Assembly (NCBI GenBank): GCA_964452125.1
Contig: CAYVLO010000002.1
Location: 1 to 33,763, forward strand
Direction of reading: 5' to 3'
Source of the DNA: an uncultured Anaerolineaceae bacterium
GTDB lineage: Bacteria; Chloroflexota; Anaerolineae; JAAYZQ01
Length of the DNA stretch: 33,763 nucleotides
Shown: in pieces, positions 26,032 through 33,716 of the stretch
How positions within the stretch are numbered: the first letter of the stretch is position 1
Layout of the letters: each line of letters begins with the position of its first letter
Notes under the pieces: model-generated
Seen by the model: only the letters and a program-made list of their open reading frames with translations
Database searches by the model: none
What the model was told of the DNA's origin: nothing
Position numbers and translations under genes: made by a program

Positions 26032-26108
26032 GGGATGATCTCCTTTCGTGGGTCCTCTTCTTTGATCGGTGGGCGCCCCCCGGTCAGTCTCCCCGATGGG
26101 CGCGGGTA

Positions 26109-26137
26109 AGTGTACCACCAATCGAGGTTGACGACAA
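26109..26137 (-). promoter_or_regulatory. promoter TTGTCG-17-TACACT for the M14 carboxypeptidase gene
   Basis: The reverse complement of 26109-26137 reads TTGTCG TCAACCTCGATTGGTGG TACACT. Confidence 0.5.
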
Positions 26138-26187
26138 GTCTGTGCTGGGGCGGCATTTGCGCGGCCCTAATGGTCGGCCGCTTGCAC

Positions 26188-26216
26188 TTGACATCCAACA
26201 CGAACCGCGTTATCAT
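26188..26216 (+). promoter_or_regulatory. promoter TTGACA-17-TATCAT heading the copper-type two-component operon (long leader)
   Basis: TTGACA at 26188-26193, 17-nt spacer, TATCAT at 26211-26216. About 355 nt upstream of the regulator start. Confidence 0.6.
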
Positions 26217-26577
26217 TTCACTGAGCAAGGTGCCGATAGGCAGTGTTTGCCCAAACTGGCCGGTGCCGATTTGCACTCCAAGGGGCAGGGCCAACCTCGG
26301 CGAGATCACAGTCAAACAAACCAGAGGGGGGATCGTCAATGCACAAACATTCCTGGCCCAAAGCTTCTTGGCCCAAGGCTTCTTGACAACTGTCTGTTGT
26401 TCTGTTCTTGGCATTGGTCGGATGGCTGTTGCGGACCCAAAGTTTGGTAGCAAACAGCGTACTGATGATCGGTGCGCTGGAGCGTTTCAGCGCCTGGGCG
26501 ATGGCGCGGCGGTTCAAGGGGTTGGCAAATGTCGCAGCCCGGGATGGAGTTGCTACCAGCTCTCATGGGAAAACACA

Positions 26578-27264
26578 GTGTCGACGACAAGAATCTTGCT
26601 GATTGACGACGAACAGAACATCCTCGACTTGGCAGGGGCCTATTTGCGCCAAGAGGGCTACGAGGTCCACACGGCTAGCGATGGACCGGGCGGACTCGAG
26701 GCAGCGCGCGTCCTCAAGCCCGATCTGATCGTCCTGGACATCATGCTGCCCGGCATGGACGGCCTGGAGCTGCTGACCCGGCTGCGGCGCGAGTCGGACG
26801 TGTACGTCATTATGCTCACGGCCAAGTCGGAGGAGACAGACAAGATCGTCGGCCTGTCGGTAGGGGCTGATGACTATCTGACCAAACCCTTTAGCCCGCG
26901 CGAGCTAGTGGCTCGCGTCAAGGCAGCGCTGCGTCGCCTCCACGCCGACGTCGGCCCGGCCGAAGCGTCCGTTCTGACCTTTCGTCGACTGCGCATCGAC
27001 GCCGGCCTCCGCCAGGTGTGGGTTGACAACGAACCGGTAGACCTGACCGCCACCGAGTTCGACCTGCTCCAGACTCTGGCTGAACATCGAGGACGGGTCC
27101 TCAGCCGCGAGCAGCTCTTGCAGCAGGTGTGGGGTCACGATTTCTACGGCGAGGAGCGGGTAGTGGACGTGCACATCGGCCACATCCGGCAGAAACTAGG
27201 CGACAGCCGATTCATCGTAACCGTGCGCGGCGTGGGCTACCATTTCGAGGATGAGGAGGTGTGA
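26578..27264 (+). CDS. OmpR/PhoB-family response regulator (CopR/CusR-like by context)
   Basis: The GTG at 26578 gives M-STTRILLIDDEQNILDL. Phospho-acceptor context LIVLDIMLPGMDG. Winged-helix segment LTATEFDLLQTLAEHRGRVLSREQLL. The ORF-track N-terminal extension is non-homologous. Confidence 0.85.
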   Translation: MSTTRILLIDDEQNILDLAGAYLRQEGYEVHTASDGPGGLEAARVLKPDLIVLDIMLPGMDGLELLTRLRRESDVYVIMLTAKSEETDKIVGLSVGADDYLTKPFSPRELVARVKAALRRLHADVGPAEASVLTFRRLRIDAGLRQVWVDNEPVDLTATEFDLLQTLAEHRGRVLSREQLLQQVWGHDFYGEERVVDVHIGHIRQKLGDSRFIVTVRGVGYHFEDEEV

Positions 27265-27266
27265 CG

Positions 27267-28394
27267 ATGCCAAGGCTCATTCGCCGGCACCTGAGCTGGA
27301 AGCTGTTTCTGTCCTACCTAGTTGTCATCCTGGTGGGTATCGTGGTCCTGGCCACGGCCGCGGAGTTGGCGGTGCCGACCGCTTTTGAGCGACACATGGC
27401 CGCCATGGCCGAGATGATGGGCGGCATGTCCATGATGCTGGAACTCGATTTGTTTAGCAACTTTCGCAATGCGGTGACCGAGGCCCTCCTCCTCGCTGGG
27501 TCGGCTGCCTTTGTCGCGGCTCTAGTTCTAAGCGTGTTCGTCAGCCGGAGAGTGGTATTGCCGGTACAGGAGATGCAGACTGCGAGCCAGCGCATCGCCG
27601 ATGGCCACTACGAGGAGCGAGTAGGTGTGCCTGGTAAGGCAGGCCGGGAGGACCTGGACGAGTTGGGCCGGCTGGCCCTCAGCTTCAACCAGATGGCCTC
27701 TCGGCTGGAAAAGACCGAAGCCCTCCGCCTGGAACTGATCGGCAACGTGGCTCACGAACTCCGTACTCCGTTGGCATCGATCCAGGGCTACATGGAAGGC
27801 CTGATCGATGGTGTTCTGCCGGCCGAAGCGGCGACGTTTCAGCGGGTATACCGCGAAGCCGATCGGCTGCAACGGCTGGTCCACGACTTGCAGGAACTCA
27901 GCCGGGTAGAGGCAGGCGCTTATGAGTTGAACCTGCGTCCCACAGCGCCAGAACGCCTCGTCGATAGCGTCGTGGCCCGCCTGGGACGCCAATTCGAGGA
28001 AAAGGGCGTGACGCTGGAGTTCGACGTGCCCCCGGATCTGCCCCTGGTGTGCGCCGACGAGGATCGCATGAGCCAGGTGCTGCTCAACCTGATGGGGAAT
28101 GCGCTGCAATACACGCCGACCGGCGGGCAGGTTTTTCTCTCGGTCCGTCGCGAAGGCAAGGGTGTACAATTCTCTGTGCAGGATACAGGCCTCGGCATCG
28201 CGCCCGAGCACATTCCGCACGTCTTTGAACGTTTCTACCGGGTGGACAGGTCGCGCTCGCGGGCCGGGGGCGGCAGTGGCATCGGCTTGACCATCGCCCG
28301 TCACTTGGTTGAAGCCCACGGCGGCCAGATTGAGGCCGCCAGCGATGGGCCAGGGCGGGGGAGCACATTCTCGTTTACCTTGCCCACAGCCTGA
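27267..28394 (+). CDS. sensor histidine kinase (two TM helices, Met-rich external loop, HAMP, HisKA, HATPase); CopS/CusS-like by context
   Basis: SD GAGGAGG at 27253-27259 and ATG at 27267. H-box HELRTPLASIQGY. N-box NLMGNALQYT. DTGLGI and GGSGIGLTIA motifs. The loop between the TM helices reads ERHMAAMAEMMGGMSMM. Confidence 0.85.
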   Translation: MPRLIRRHLSWKLFLSYLVVILVGIVVLATAAELAVPTAFERHMAAMAEMMGGMSMMLELDLFSNFRNAVTEALLLAGSAAFVAALVLSVFVSRRVVLPVQEMQTASQRIADGHYEERVGVPGKAGREDLDELGRLALSFNQMASRLEKTEALRLELIGNVAHELRTPLASIQGYMEGLIDGVLPAEAATFQRVYREADRLQRLVHDLQELSRVEAGAYELNLRPTAPERLVDSVVARLGRQFEEKGVTLEFDVPPDLPLVCADEDRMSQVLLNLMGNALQYTPTGGQVFLSVRREGKGVQFSVQDTGLGIAPEHIPHVFERFYRVDRSRSRAGGGSGIGLTIARHLVEAHGGQIEAASDGPGRGSTFSFTLPTA

Positions 28395-28414
28395 CTCCAA
28401 ACTCCTCGTTTGCC

Positions 28415-28451
28415 AGGAGCGATGTCCCGACATGAGGCATCGCTCCTTTTC
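28415..28451 (+). terminator. intrinsic terminator after the kinase gene
   Basis: AGGAGCGATG (28415-28424) pairs with CATCGCTCCT (28438-28447). Followed by TTTTCTTT. Confidence 0.7.
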
Positions 28452-28496
28452 TTTACCAAATCTTTAAGCTGGCTTCATCGTTCCTTTAACCCGCCC

Positions 28497-28505
28497 TGTT
28501 ATACT
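28497..28505 (+). promoter_or_regulatory. extended -10 promoter element TGtTATACT upstream of the SHOCT gene triplet (no good -35)
   Basis: TG at 28497-28498 and TATACT at 28500-28505. Phased CTTTA(A/C) repeats at 28451, 28462 and 28484 lie upstream of or overlap it. Confidence 0.45.
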
Positions 28506-28577
28506 ATCTTTAGCAGTGACAACAAGGGGGCAGTCAACATACTGCCCCTGGAGAAGAATGAAAGGGAGGATGACGTG

Positions 28578-28856
28578 ATGGGTGGAGGTATGATGGGTGG
28601 TTTTGGAGGCAGTTTGGGTGGCCTGGGGCTGGTCGGCGGTCTGTTCAGCACGCTCCTGACAATAGGACTGTTGGTGGGCCTGGTGTTTCTGGGCGTCTGG
28701 CTATGGCGCAGGGTCGGCACATCACAAGGAGCCGGTACCGGGACGTTTCCTCAAGAGACCCGGCAGACGCCGGTCCGCGAGATTCTACAGACCCGGTACG
28801 CTCGCGGTGAGCTGACCCGCAAAGAGTACCAGACCATGCTGCAGGACCTGGCCTGA
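28578..28856 (+). CDS. small single-pass membrane protein with a C-terminal SHOCT domain (paralog 1)
   Basis: SD AGGGAGGA and ATG at 28578. N-terminus MGGGMMGGFGGSLGG, then one TM helix, then the SHOCT-like ILQTRYARGELTRKEYQTMLQDL. Confidence 0.75.
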   Translation: MGGGMMGGFGGSLGGLGLVGGLFSTLLTIGLLVGLVFLGVWLWRRVGTSQGAGTGTFPQETRQTPVREILQTRYARGELTRKEYQTMLQDLA

Positions 28857-28922
28857 GAAAGTCTGTACGTTTGACCTCCAAAGGGTCATGCTCCTTGGAG
28901 GTCGGAGAATTGGAGGCGTTGA

Positions 28923-29285
28923 ATGAACACACGAACCATTGTTATCGGCATTGGCATCGCGCTGGTTCTGGCGGCCCTGCTGGGCGGAGGCTGGCTTCTG
29001 GGCAGCCTGTCTTGGGCCGGGGGCTGTTGTCAGGCAGGCTTTGGGATGACAGGCAACTACGGCTCCCCCTGGGGGATGCACACATTCGGTGGAGGGATAC
29101 TCATGTTTCTGTTCTGGGGTGTGATCATCGGCGGCATTGTCTTGTTGGTCGCCGGTCTGGCCCGACAGGGTACGCAGCGAGTGAACTGGGGCGAATCGCC
29201 CCTAGACATTCTCAAGCGCCGCTACGCCAGCGGCGAGATTGACCGCGAAGAGTTCGAGCGCATGAAAGAGCTGTTGTCGAGCTAG
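28923..29285 (+). CDS. two-pass membrane protein with a C-terminal SHOCT domain (paralog 2); Cys-Cys/Met/His-bearing external loop
   Basis: SD GGAGG at 28912-28916. Two TM helices flank the loop SWAGGCCQAGFGMTGNYGSPWGMHTFGGG. SHOCT-like ILKRRYASGEIDREEFERMKELL. Confidence 0.75.
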   Translation: MNTRTIVIGIGIALVLAALLGGGWLLGSLSWAGGCCQAGFGMTGNYGSPWGMHTFGGGILMFLFWGVIIGGIVLLVAGLARQGTQRVNWGESPLDILKRRYASGEIDREEFERMKELLSS

Positions 29286-29298
29286 ATGGAGGTGCGGC

Positions 29299-29529
29299 AT
29301 GATGGGTTGGGGAATGGGACTCGGCGTGCTGTTCATGGTCCTCTTCTGGGGGGCGCTGATCGCGCTGGCTGCCTGGCTGATCCGGGCGCTGTTTCCGTCA
29401 GCCGGTCAGTCACCAGCCCCGCCGACCGGACGGGACCTGAACGCCCGCGATATCCTTGATAGGCGTTTGGCGCGGGGTGAGATCACCCGGGAAGAATACG
29501 ATTTGATGAGAGAAACGCTCTCCCAATAG
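29299..29529 (+). CDS. small single-pass membrane protein with a C-terminal SHOCT domain (paralog 3)
   Basis: SD GGAGG before the ATG at 29299. MMGWGMG N-terminus, one TM helix, then ILDRRLARGEITREEYDLMRETL. Confidence 0.75.
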   Translation: MMGWGMGLGVLFMVLFWGALIALAAWLIRALFPSAGQSPAPPTGRDLNARDILDRRLARGEITREEYDLMRETLSQ

Positions 29530-29795
29530 GGGACGGTCAACAGACTGAGAACGGAAGGAAAAGGGACAAAGCGACAGCCTCTCCGAAAATGCCGGGAGTG
29601 TGGCCCAGCGCTGGCTGGATGCCAATTTGGGCCCACCAGACCAAAATCCACAACGAGGTGGCTGGAACGTCCGGTCACCCCATTGTCCTGTGTGTACAGG
29701 TGTTGGTAATCTGCCGTGTTCAACCTAAATCTAACTCCTGTTAGCCAAGGAAACCATGATTTAACCAAGCCCGGTGATACAGCAGCTAATTTGTA

Positions 29796-29804
29796 TGGTA
29801 CAAT
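29796..29804 (+). promoter_or_regulatory. extended -10 promoter element TGgTACAAT upstream of DoxX-copB
   Basis: TG at 29796-29797 and TACAAT at 29799-29804. Weak -35 (GATACA). Lies in a visibly AT-richer stretch. Confidence 0.4.
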
Positions 29805-30036
29805 AGATAATAGGGGATTGTGTGGGGCAGTATGCCGAAAGCCGTGGAAATTGTAGGGGGGGCGCGGCGGTGCGCCCTGCCAAGGGCGAATTCACACAGG
29901 ATTCGCGACATCACCTGTGTGGCCGGTTGGCTGACTTTGCTCTAGCGTAGCCTACATGGAGCGGCAGTTTACCTGGCAGAGGAAATCGATGGCCTATTTG
30001 ATAGGCCTGAAACTGATTCAAACGAGGAGGAACAAT

Positions 30037-30660
30037 ATGACAGATATTCTTGATACCAAGCAACAAAAACAAGAGATCGAACGTTTGGACGATCCGCCGG
30101 TGGCCCGGGCCCTGTTCGGCCAGGTGCGGTGGGCCTGGATCTGGCTCATTGTACGCCTGTACGTGGGCTGGCAATGGCTGACGGCCGGCTGGGGTAAGCT
30201 GGGCAGTCCAGCTTGGACCGGAGACAACGCCGGCGCCGCTATCACCGGCTTTGTCCAAGGCGCATTGGCTCAGACTTCTGGCGAACACCCCAATGTTCAG
30301 GGCTGGTACGCATGGTTCTTGCAGAACCTGGTCCTGCCCTACGCCGACGTGTGGGGCTATGTGGTGACCTTTGGCGAGATCCTGGTGGGTATCGCCCTCA
30401 TTCTGGGTATCTTTACCGGGGTGGCAGCCTTTTTCGGCGGTTTCATGAACATGAATTACCTGCTGGCCGGGACGGTGAGCACCAACCCCATGCTGTTGAT
30501 CCTGGCCGCTCTGCTGGTGTTGACTTGGAAGACGGCCGGCTGGTGGGGGCTGGACCGGTGGGTATTGCCCCTTCTGGGCACCCCGTGGCGGCCGGGCCTG
30601 ATTTTCCGCGAGGAGTCCAGGGGCAGGCGGTCGTTGACGGGACGCCCGAGAGAGAGCTGA
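30037..30660 (+). CDS. DoxX-family integral membrane protein
   Basis: SD GAGGAGG and ATG at 30037. RLYVGWQWLTAGWGKL followed by several TM helices (GEILVGIALILGIFTGVAAFFG) is typical of DoxX/DoxD-like proteins. Confidence 0.7.
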   Translation: MTDILDTKQQKQEIERLDDPPVARALFGQVRWAWIWLIVRLYVGWQWLTAGWGKLGSPAWTGDNAGAAITGFVQGALAQTSGEHPNVQGWYAWFLQNLVLPYADVWGYVVTFGEILVGIALILGIFTGVAAFFGGFMNMNYLLAGTVSTNPMLLILAALLVLTWKTAGWWGLDRWVLPLLGTPWRPGLIFREESRGRRSLTGRPRES

Positions 30661-30902
30661 ACAATCAGACTGGGAGAGGAGATCAACACGAGCAAGGACA
30701 TCAAAGACGTTGTAGGGGGCACGGCTGGACCTGTCTCATGAAAAGGCTATGGAAAGAGTGACGAAAGCCCTGAGCAAGGAAGGCTTTGGGTGACGCCGAC
30801 GCTCAGGGCCATCACGCTGGCAGTTGTCTCGTTTGTGGCCTGGCGATCCCGGCGACGGGGCATATAGTGACGTAAGTGTAAGTTTCGATGGAGGAGGACA
30901 CA

Positions 30903-33074
30903 ATGACACATGGCAATCACCACGAGCACGAGGAGAAAGCACGGCACCGCCAACACGAAGGTCAGTCCGTGCAGGACATGGAACACATGGAGCACGCTGG
31001 AGGCGAGCACACCACTCACGAGGGAGGCCACGAAGCACGCGTGGGCCAAGCTGATCACAGCGAGGAACACGCTGCCCGCGGCAAGGATCATGGTGGTCAT
31101 GGCGTGAGTCACGTTGGTCACGAAGAGATGTTCCGCCGGCGCTTTTGGGTTTCGCTGCTGCTGTCGATCCCGGTGCTGGTATTCAGCAGCGCTGTGCAGG
31201 ATTTCCTGGGCTACAGCATTCCCACTTTTCCCGGCAGCGACTGGATCACACCGGTATTTTCGGTGATCATTTTTGCCTACGGAGGGATACCGTTCCTGCA
31301 GATGGCGGTACCCGAGCTGCGCAATCGCAAGCCGGGCATGATGACCCTCATCTCCTTGGCCATCTCGGTCGCCCTCGTATACAGCCTGGCCACGCTCTTT
31401 CTGCCAGGCCAGACCAGCTTCTTCTGGGAACTGGTGACCCTCATCGACATCATGCTCTTGGGCCACTGGATCGAGATGCGCAGCGTGCGCCAGGCCTCGG
31501 GGGCTTTGGACAAGCTGGCCAAGCTCATGCCCGATACCGCCGAGCGGGTGCTGCCCGGCGGCGACACCGAGGAAGTACCGGCCACCCAATTGCAGGAGGG
31601 CGACCTGCTCCTCGTGCGGCCCGGTGCCAGCGTTCCCGCCGACGGTGAGGTGGAGAAGGGCGAGTCCGAGGTCAACGAGGCCATGATCACAGGCGAATCG
31701 AACCCAGTACTCAAAGAGCCGGGCAGCAAGGTCATCGGCGGGACGATCAACGGCGACGGCAGCCTGCGCGTGCGAGTGACGGCTACCGGCGAGGAGACGG
31801 CCCTGGCCGGCATCATGCGCCTGGTGGAAGAAGCGCAGCAGAGCAAATCCGATACGCAGATTCTGGCTGACAAGGCCGCCGGTTGGCTCTTTTACGTGGC
31901 TCTGGGGGTGGCGGCGATAACGGCCATCGCCTGGGTGATAGCCGTGGGGTTCGACGTAGACGTCATCGCCCGCGTCGCCACGGTGCTGGTCATTGCCTGC
32001 CCCCACGCTCTGGGGCTGGCGGTACCTCTGGTCGTGGCTATCACTACCTCGATGGCCGCCAGCAACGGCGTATTGGTCCGCGACCGGCTGGCGCTGGAGG
32101 AAGCGCGTGAGGTCGACACCGTTATCTTTGACAAAACCGGCACCTTGACCGAAGGGCGGTTCGGCGTGGTGGACATCGCCACCGCTAACGGCCTGCAAGA
32201 GGAAGAAGCACTGGCCTTGACCGCAGCCATAGAAGGCGACTCGGAGCACACCATCGCTCGGGGAATTCGCCGCGCCGCAGAGGAAAAGGGACTATCGCTG
32301 CCCAAGATCTCGGACTTTGAGGCGATCAAGGGCCGGGGCGTACGGGCCAGCCGCGATGGCCAGACCATATACGTTGGCGGCCCGCGCCTTCTGGAGATGC
32401 TAGAACTCGAGATACCGGAGCTTCTGGTCTCCTTTCGCAAAAAGGCCCAATCCAAGGGCCAGAGCGTGATCTATTTGGTGCAAGAGGAGCAGGTGGCGGC
32501 GGCTTTTGCTCTGGCCGACGTCATCCGCCCCGAAAGCCAGCGGGTTGTCGACCGCCTGCACGACATGGGCATAGAGGTGGCCATGCTGACGGGCGACAGC
32601 GAGGCGGTTGCCAAAGCTGTGGCTGATGAGCTGGGCATCGATCAGTACTTTGCCGAGGTCCTGCCCGAACACAAGGACCAGAAGGTGCAGCAGTTGCAGG
32701 ACAAAGGGAAACGCGTGGCCATGGTCGGCGATGGCGTGAACGACGCGCCGGCTTTAACCAGAGCCGACGTGGGCATTGCGATTGGCAGCGGCACCGACGT
32801 GGCCATCGAGTCGGCGGGCATCATCCTGGTCAGGAGCGATCCGATGGACGTGGTCAACGTCGTCGAGCTCAGCCGGGCCAGTTACCGCAAGATGATCCAG
32901 AACCTGTGGTGGGCGGCGGGCTACAACATCGTGGCCCTACCCCTGGCAGCCGGTGTGTTGGCGCCCGTGGGCATTCTGCTCTCTCCGGCCGTGGGGGCTC
33001 TGCTCATGTCGCTGAGCACGGTCATTGTGGCCATCAACGCTCAGTTGCTGCGACGGGTCCAGTTGACTGGATAG
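30903..33074 (+). CDS. copB: copper-translocating P1B-type ATPase, CopB-like (His-rich N-terminus, CPH transmembrane motif)
   Basis: SD GGAGGAGG and ATG at 30903. N-terminal stretch of about 75 aa rich in His, Glu and Met. [15 protein letters not shown] (CPH), DKTGTLT and [10 protein letters not shown] motifs. Confidence 0.9.
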   Translation: MTHGNHHEHEEKARHRQHEGQSVQDMEHMEHAGGEHTTHEGGHEARVGQADHSEEHAARGKDHGGHGVSHVGHEEMFRRRFWVSLLLSIPVLVFSSAVQDFLGYSIPTFPGSDWITPVFSVIIFAYGGIPFLQMAVPELRNRKPGMMTLISLAISVALVYSLATLFLPGQTSFFWELVTLIDIMLLGHWIEMRSVRQASGALDKLAKLMPDTAERVLPGGDTEEVPATQLQEGDLLLVRPGASVPADGEVEKGESEVNEAMITGESNPVLKEPGSKVIGGTINGDGSLRVRVTATGEETALAGIMRLVEEAQQSKSDTQILADKAAGWLFYVALGVAAITAIAWVIAVGFDVDVIARVATVLVIACPHALGLAVPLVVAITTSMAASNGVLVRDRLALEEAREVDTVIFDKTGTLTEGRFGVVDIATANGLQEEEALALTAAIEGDSEHTIARGIRRAAEEKGLSLPKISDFEAIKGRGVRASRDGQTIYVGGPRLLEMLELEIPELLVSFRKKAQSKGQSVIYLVQEEQVAAAFALADVIRPESQRVVDRLHDMGIEVAMLTGDSEAVAKAVADELGIDQYFAEVLPEHKDQKVQQLQDKGKRVAMVGDGVNDAPALTRADVGIAIGSGTDVAIESAGIILVRSDPMDVVNVVELSRASYRKMIQNLWWAAGYNIVALPLAAGVLAPVGILLSPAVGALLMSLSTVIVAINAQLLRRVQLTG

Positions 33075-33135
33075 CCGAAGGTTGCAGGCCAGAGATGAAT
33101 AGTTTATGGTATCAGAGAGAAAGGAAATGTGCATC

Positions 33136-33378
33136 ATGACGATGGGTGGCGGTTTGTTGACGGGCTTGCTTGTGCTGATTCTGCTCGTGTTGGTCATCGG
33201 CGGTGCTGCTGCAGCCGTCGTGTGGTTTGCCAGACAGGGTTCCGGTAGGCAGGGCGCGGGCCAGGGACAGGATTCTCGTACAGGCGACGATGCCCTGGAG
33301 ATCCTGCGCCAACGCTACGCCCGCGGCGAAATCGACCGCGAGGAATTCGAGCGGATGCGCGAGGAGATCAAAAGCTGA
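33136..33378 (+). CDS. small single-pass membrane protein with a C-terminal SHOCT domain (paralog 4)
   Basis: SD GAAAGGA. ATG at 33136 chosen; 33127 and 33142 are possible. MTMGGG N-terminus, one TM helix, then ILRQRYARGEIDREEFERMREEI. Confidence 0.72.
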   Translation: MTMGGGLLTGLLVLILLVLVIGGAAAAVVWFARQGSGRQGAGQGQDSRTGDDALEILRQRYARGEIDREEFERMREEIKS

Positions 33379-33383
33379 CGGGA

Positions 33384-33412
33384 TTGGCTCATCAACAGGG
33401 ACGAATTATCAT
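33384..33412 (+). promoter_or_regulatory. promoter TTGGCT-17-TATCAT directly downstream of the last SHOCT gene
   Basis: TTGGCT at 33384-33389, 17-nt spacer, TATCAT at 33407-33412. The predicted start site falls on the first base pairs of the 33418-33523 helix. Confidence 0.5.
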
Positions 33413-33418
33413 GTATTG

Positions 33419-33562
33419 GCCGAAAATACGCATCCGTTCTAATACCCGTCGCGCAGGGTAGGTAATCCTTTTGTGTTAATCGGGCTGACCCGCTGGTTCA
33501 TGCACGGATGACATTTTTCGGCCAGGATAGCAAAGACCGAGAATCACTCTCGGTCTTTCATT
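33419..33562 (+). ncRNA. candidate structured small RNA or riboswitch-like leader (closed by a long helix, ended by an intrinsic terminator)
   Basis: 5' arm GGCCGAAAATACGCATCCGT (33418-33437) pairs with 3' arm ACGGATGACATTTTTCGGCC (33504-33523) as 9 + 7 bp. Two internal hairpins at 33443-33460 and 33481-33492. Then a terminator at 33532-33558. No class recognised. Confidence 0.35.
33532..33562. terminator. intrinsic terminator (bidirectional-looking)
   Basis: AAAGACCGAGA (33532-33542) pairs with TCTCGGTCTTT (33548-33558). Loop ATCAC. Followed by CATTTATT. Confidence 0.7.
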
Positions 33563-33716
33563 TATTATCATATCTTTTCACACAATTATACTTTGTTTAG
33601 TGCCCCCTATGGAACCTTCAACACCACGAGAGCCGCCAAGTTCAGACGCCAGCAGCCTGGGTGACCTAGAGTGGCACCCGGCTCGGTGCCGGGTTCGTGG
33701 TGAATACAGGCTCGAG

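Noticed and set aside
26110-26577. 156-codon N-terminal extension of the OmpR-type regulator ORF.
   Set aside because: It begins upstream of the 26188 promoter and overlaps the divergent M14 promoter. It shows no receiver-domain homology. Receiver domains begin a few residues before the (I/L)L(I/V)(V/I)DD motif, which fits the GTG at 26578.
28410-28577. 56-codon N-terminal extension of SHOCT paralog 1.
   Set aside because: It spans the kinase terminator (28415-28451) and the TGtTATACT promoter element. A strong SD precedes the internal ATG at 28578.
29590-29745. 51-aa ORF in the SHOCT3-DoxX spacer. Considered as a CopZ-like metallochaperone.
   Set aside because: It has no SD and no MxCxxC motif, and it is below any confident coding signal.
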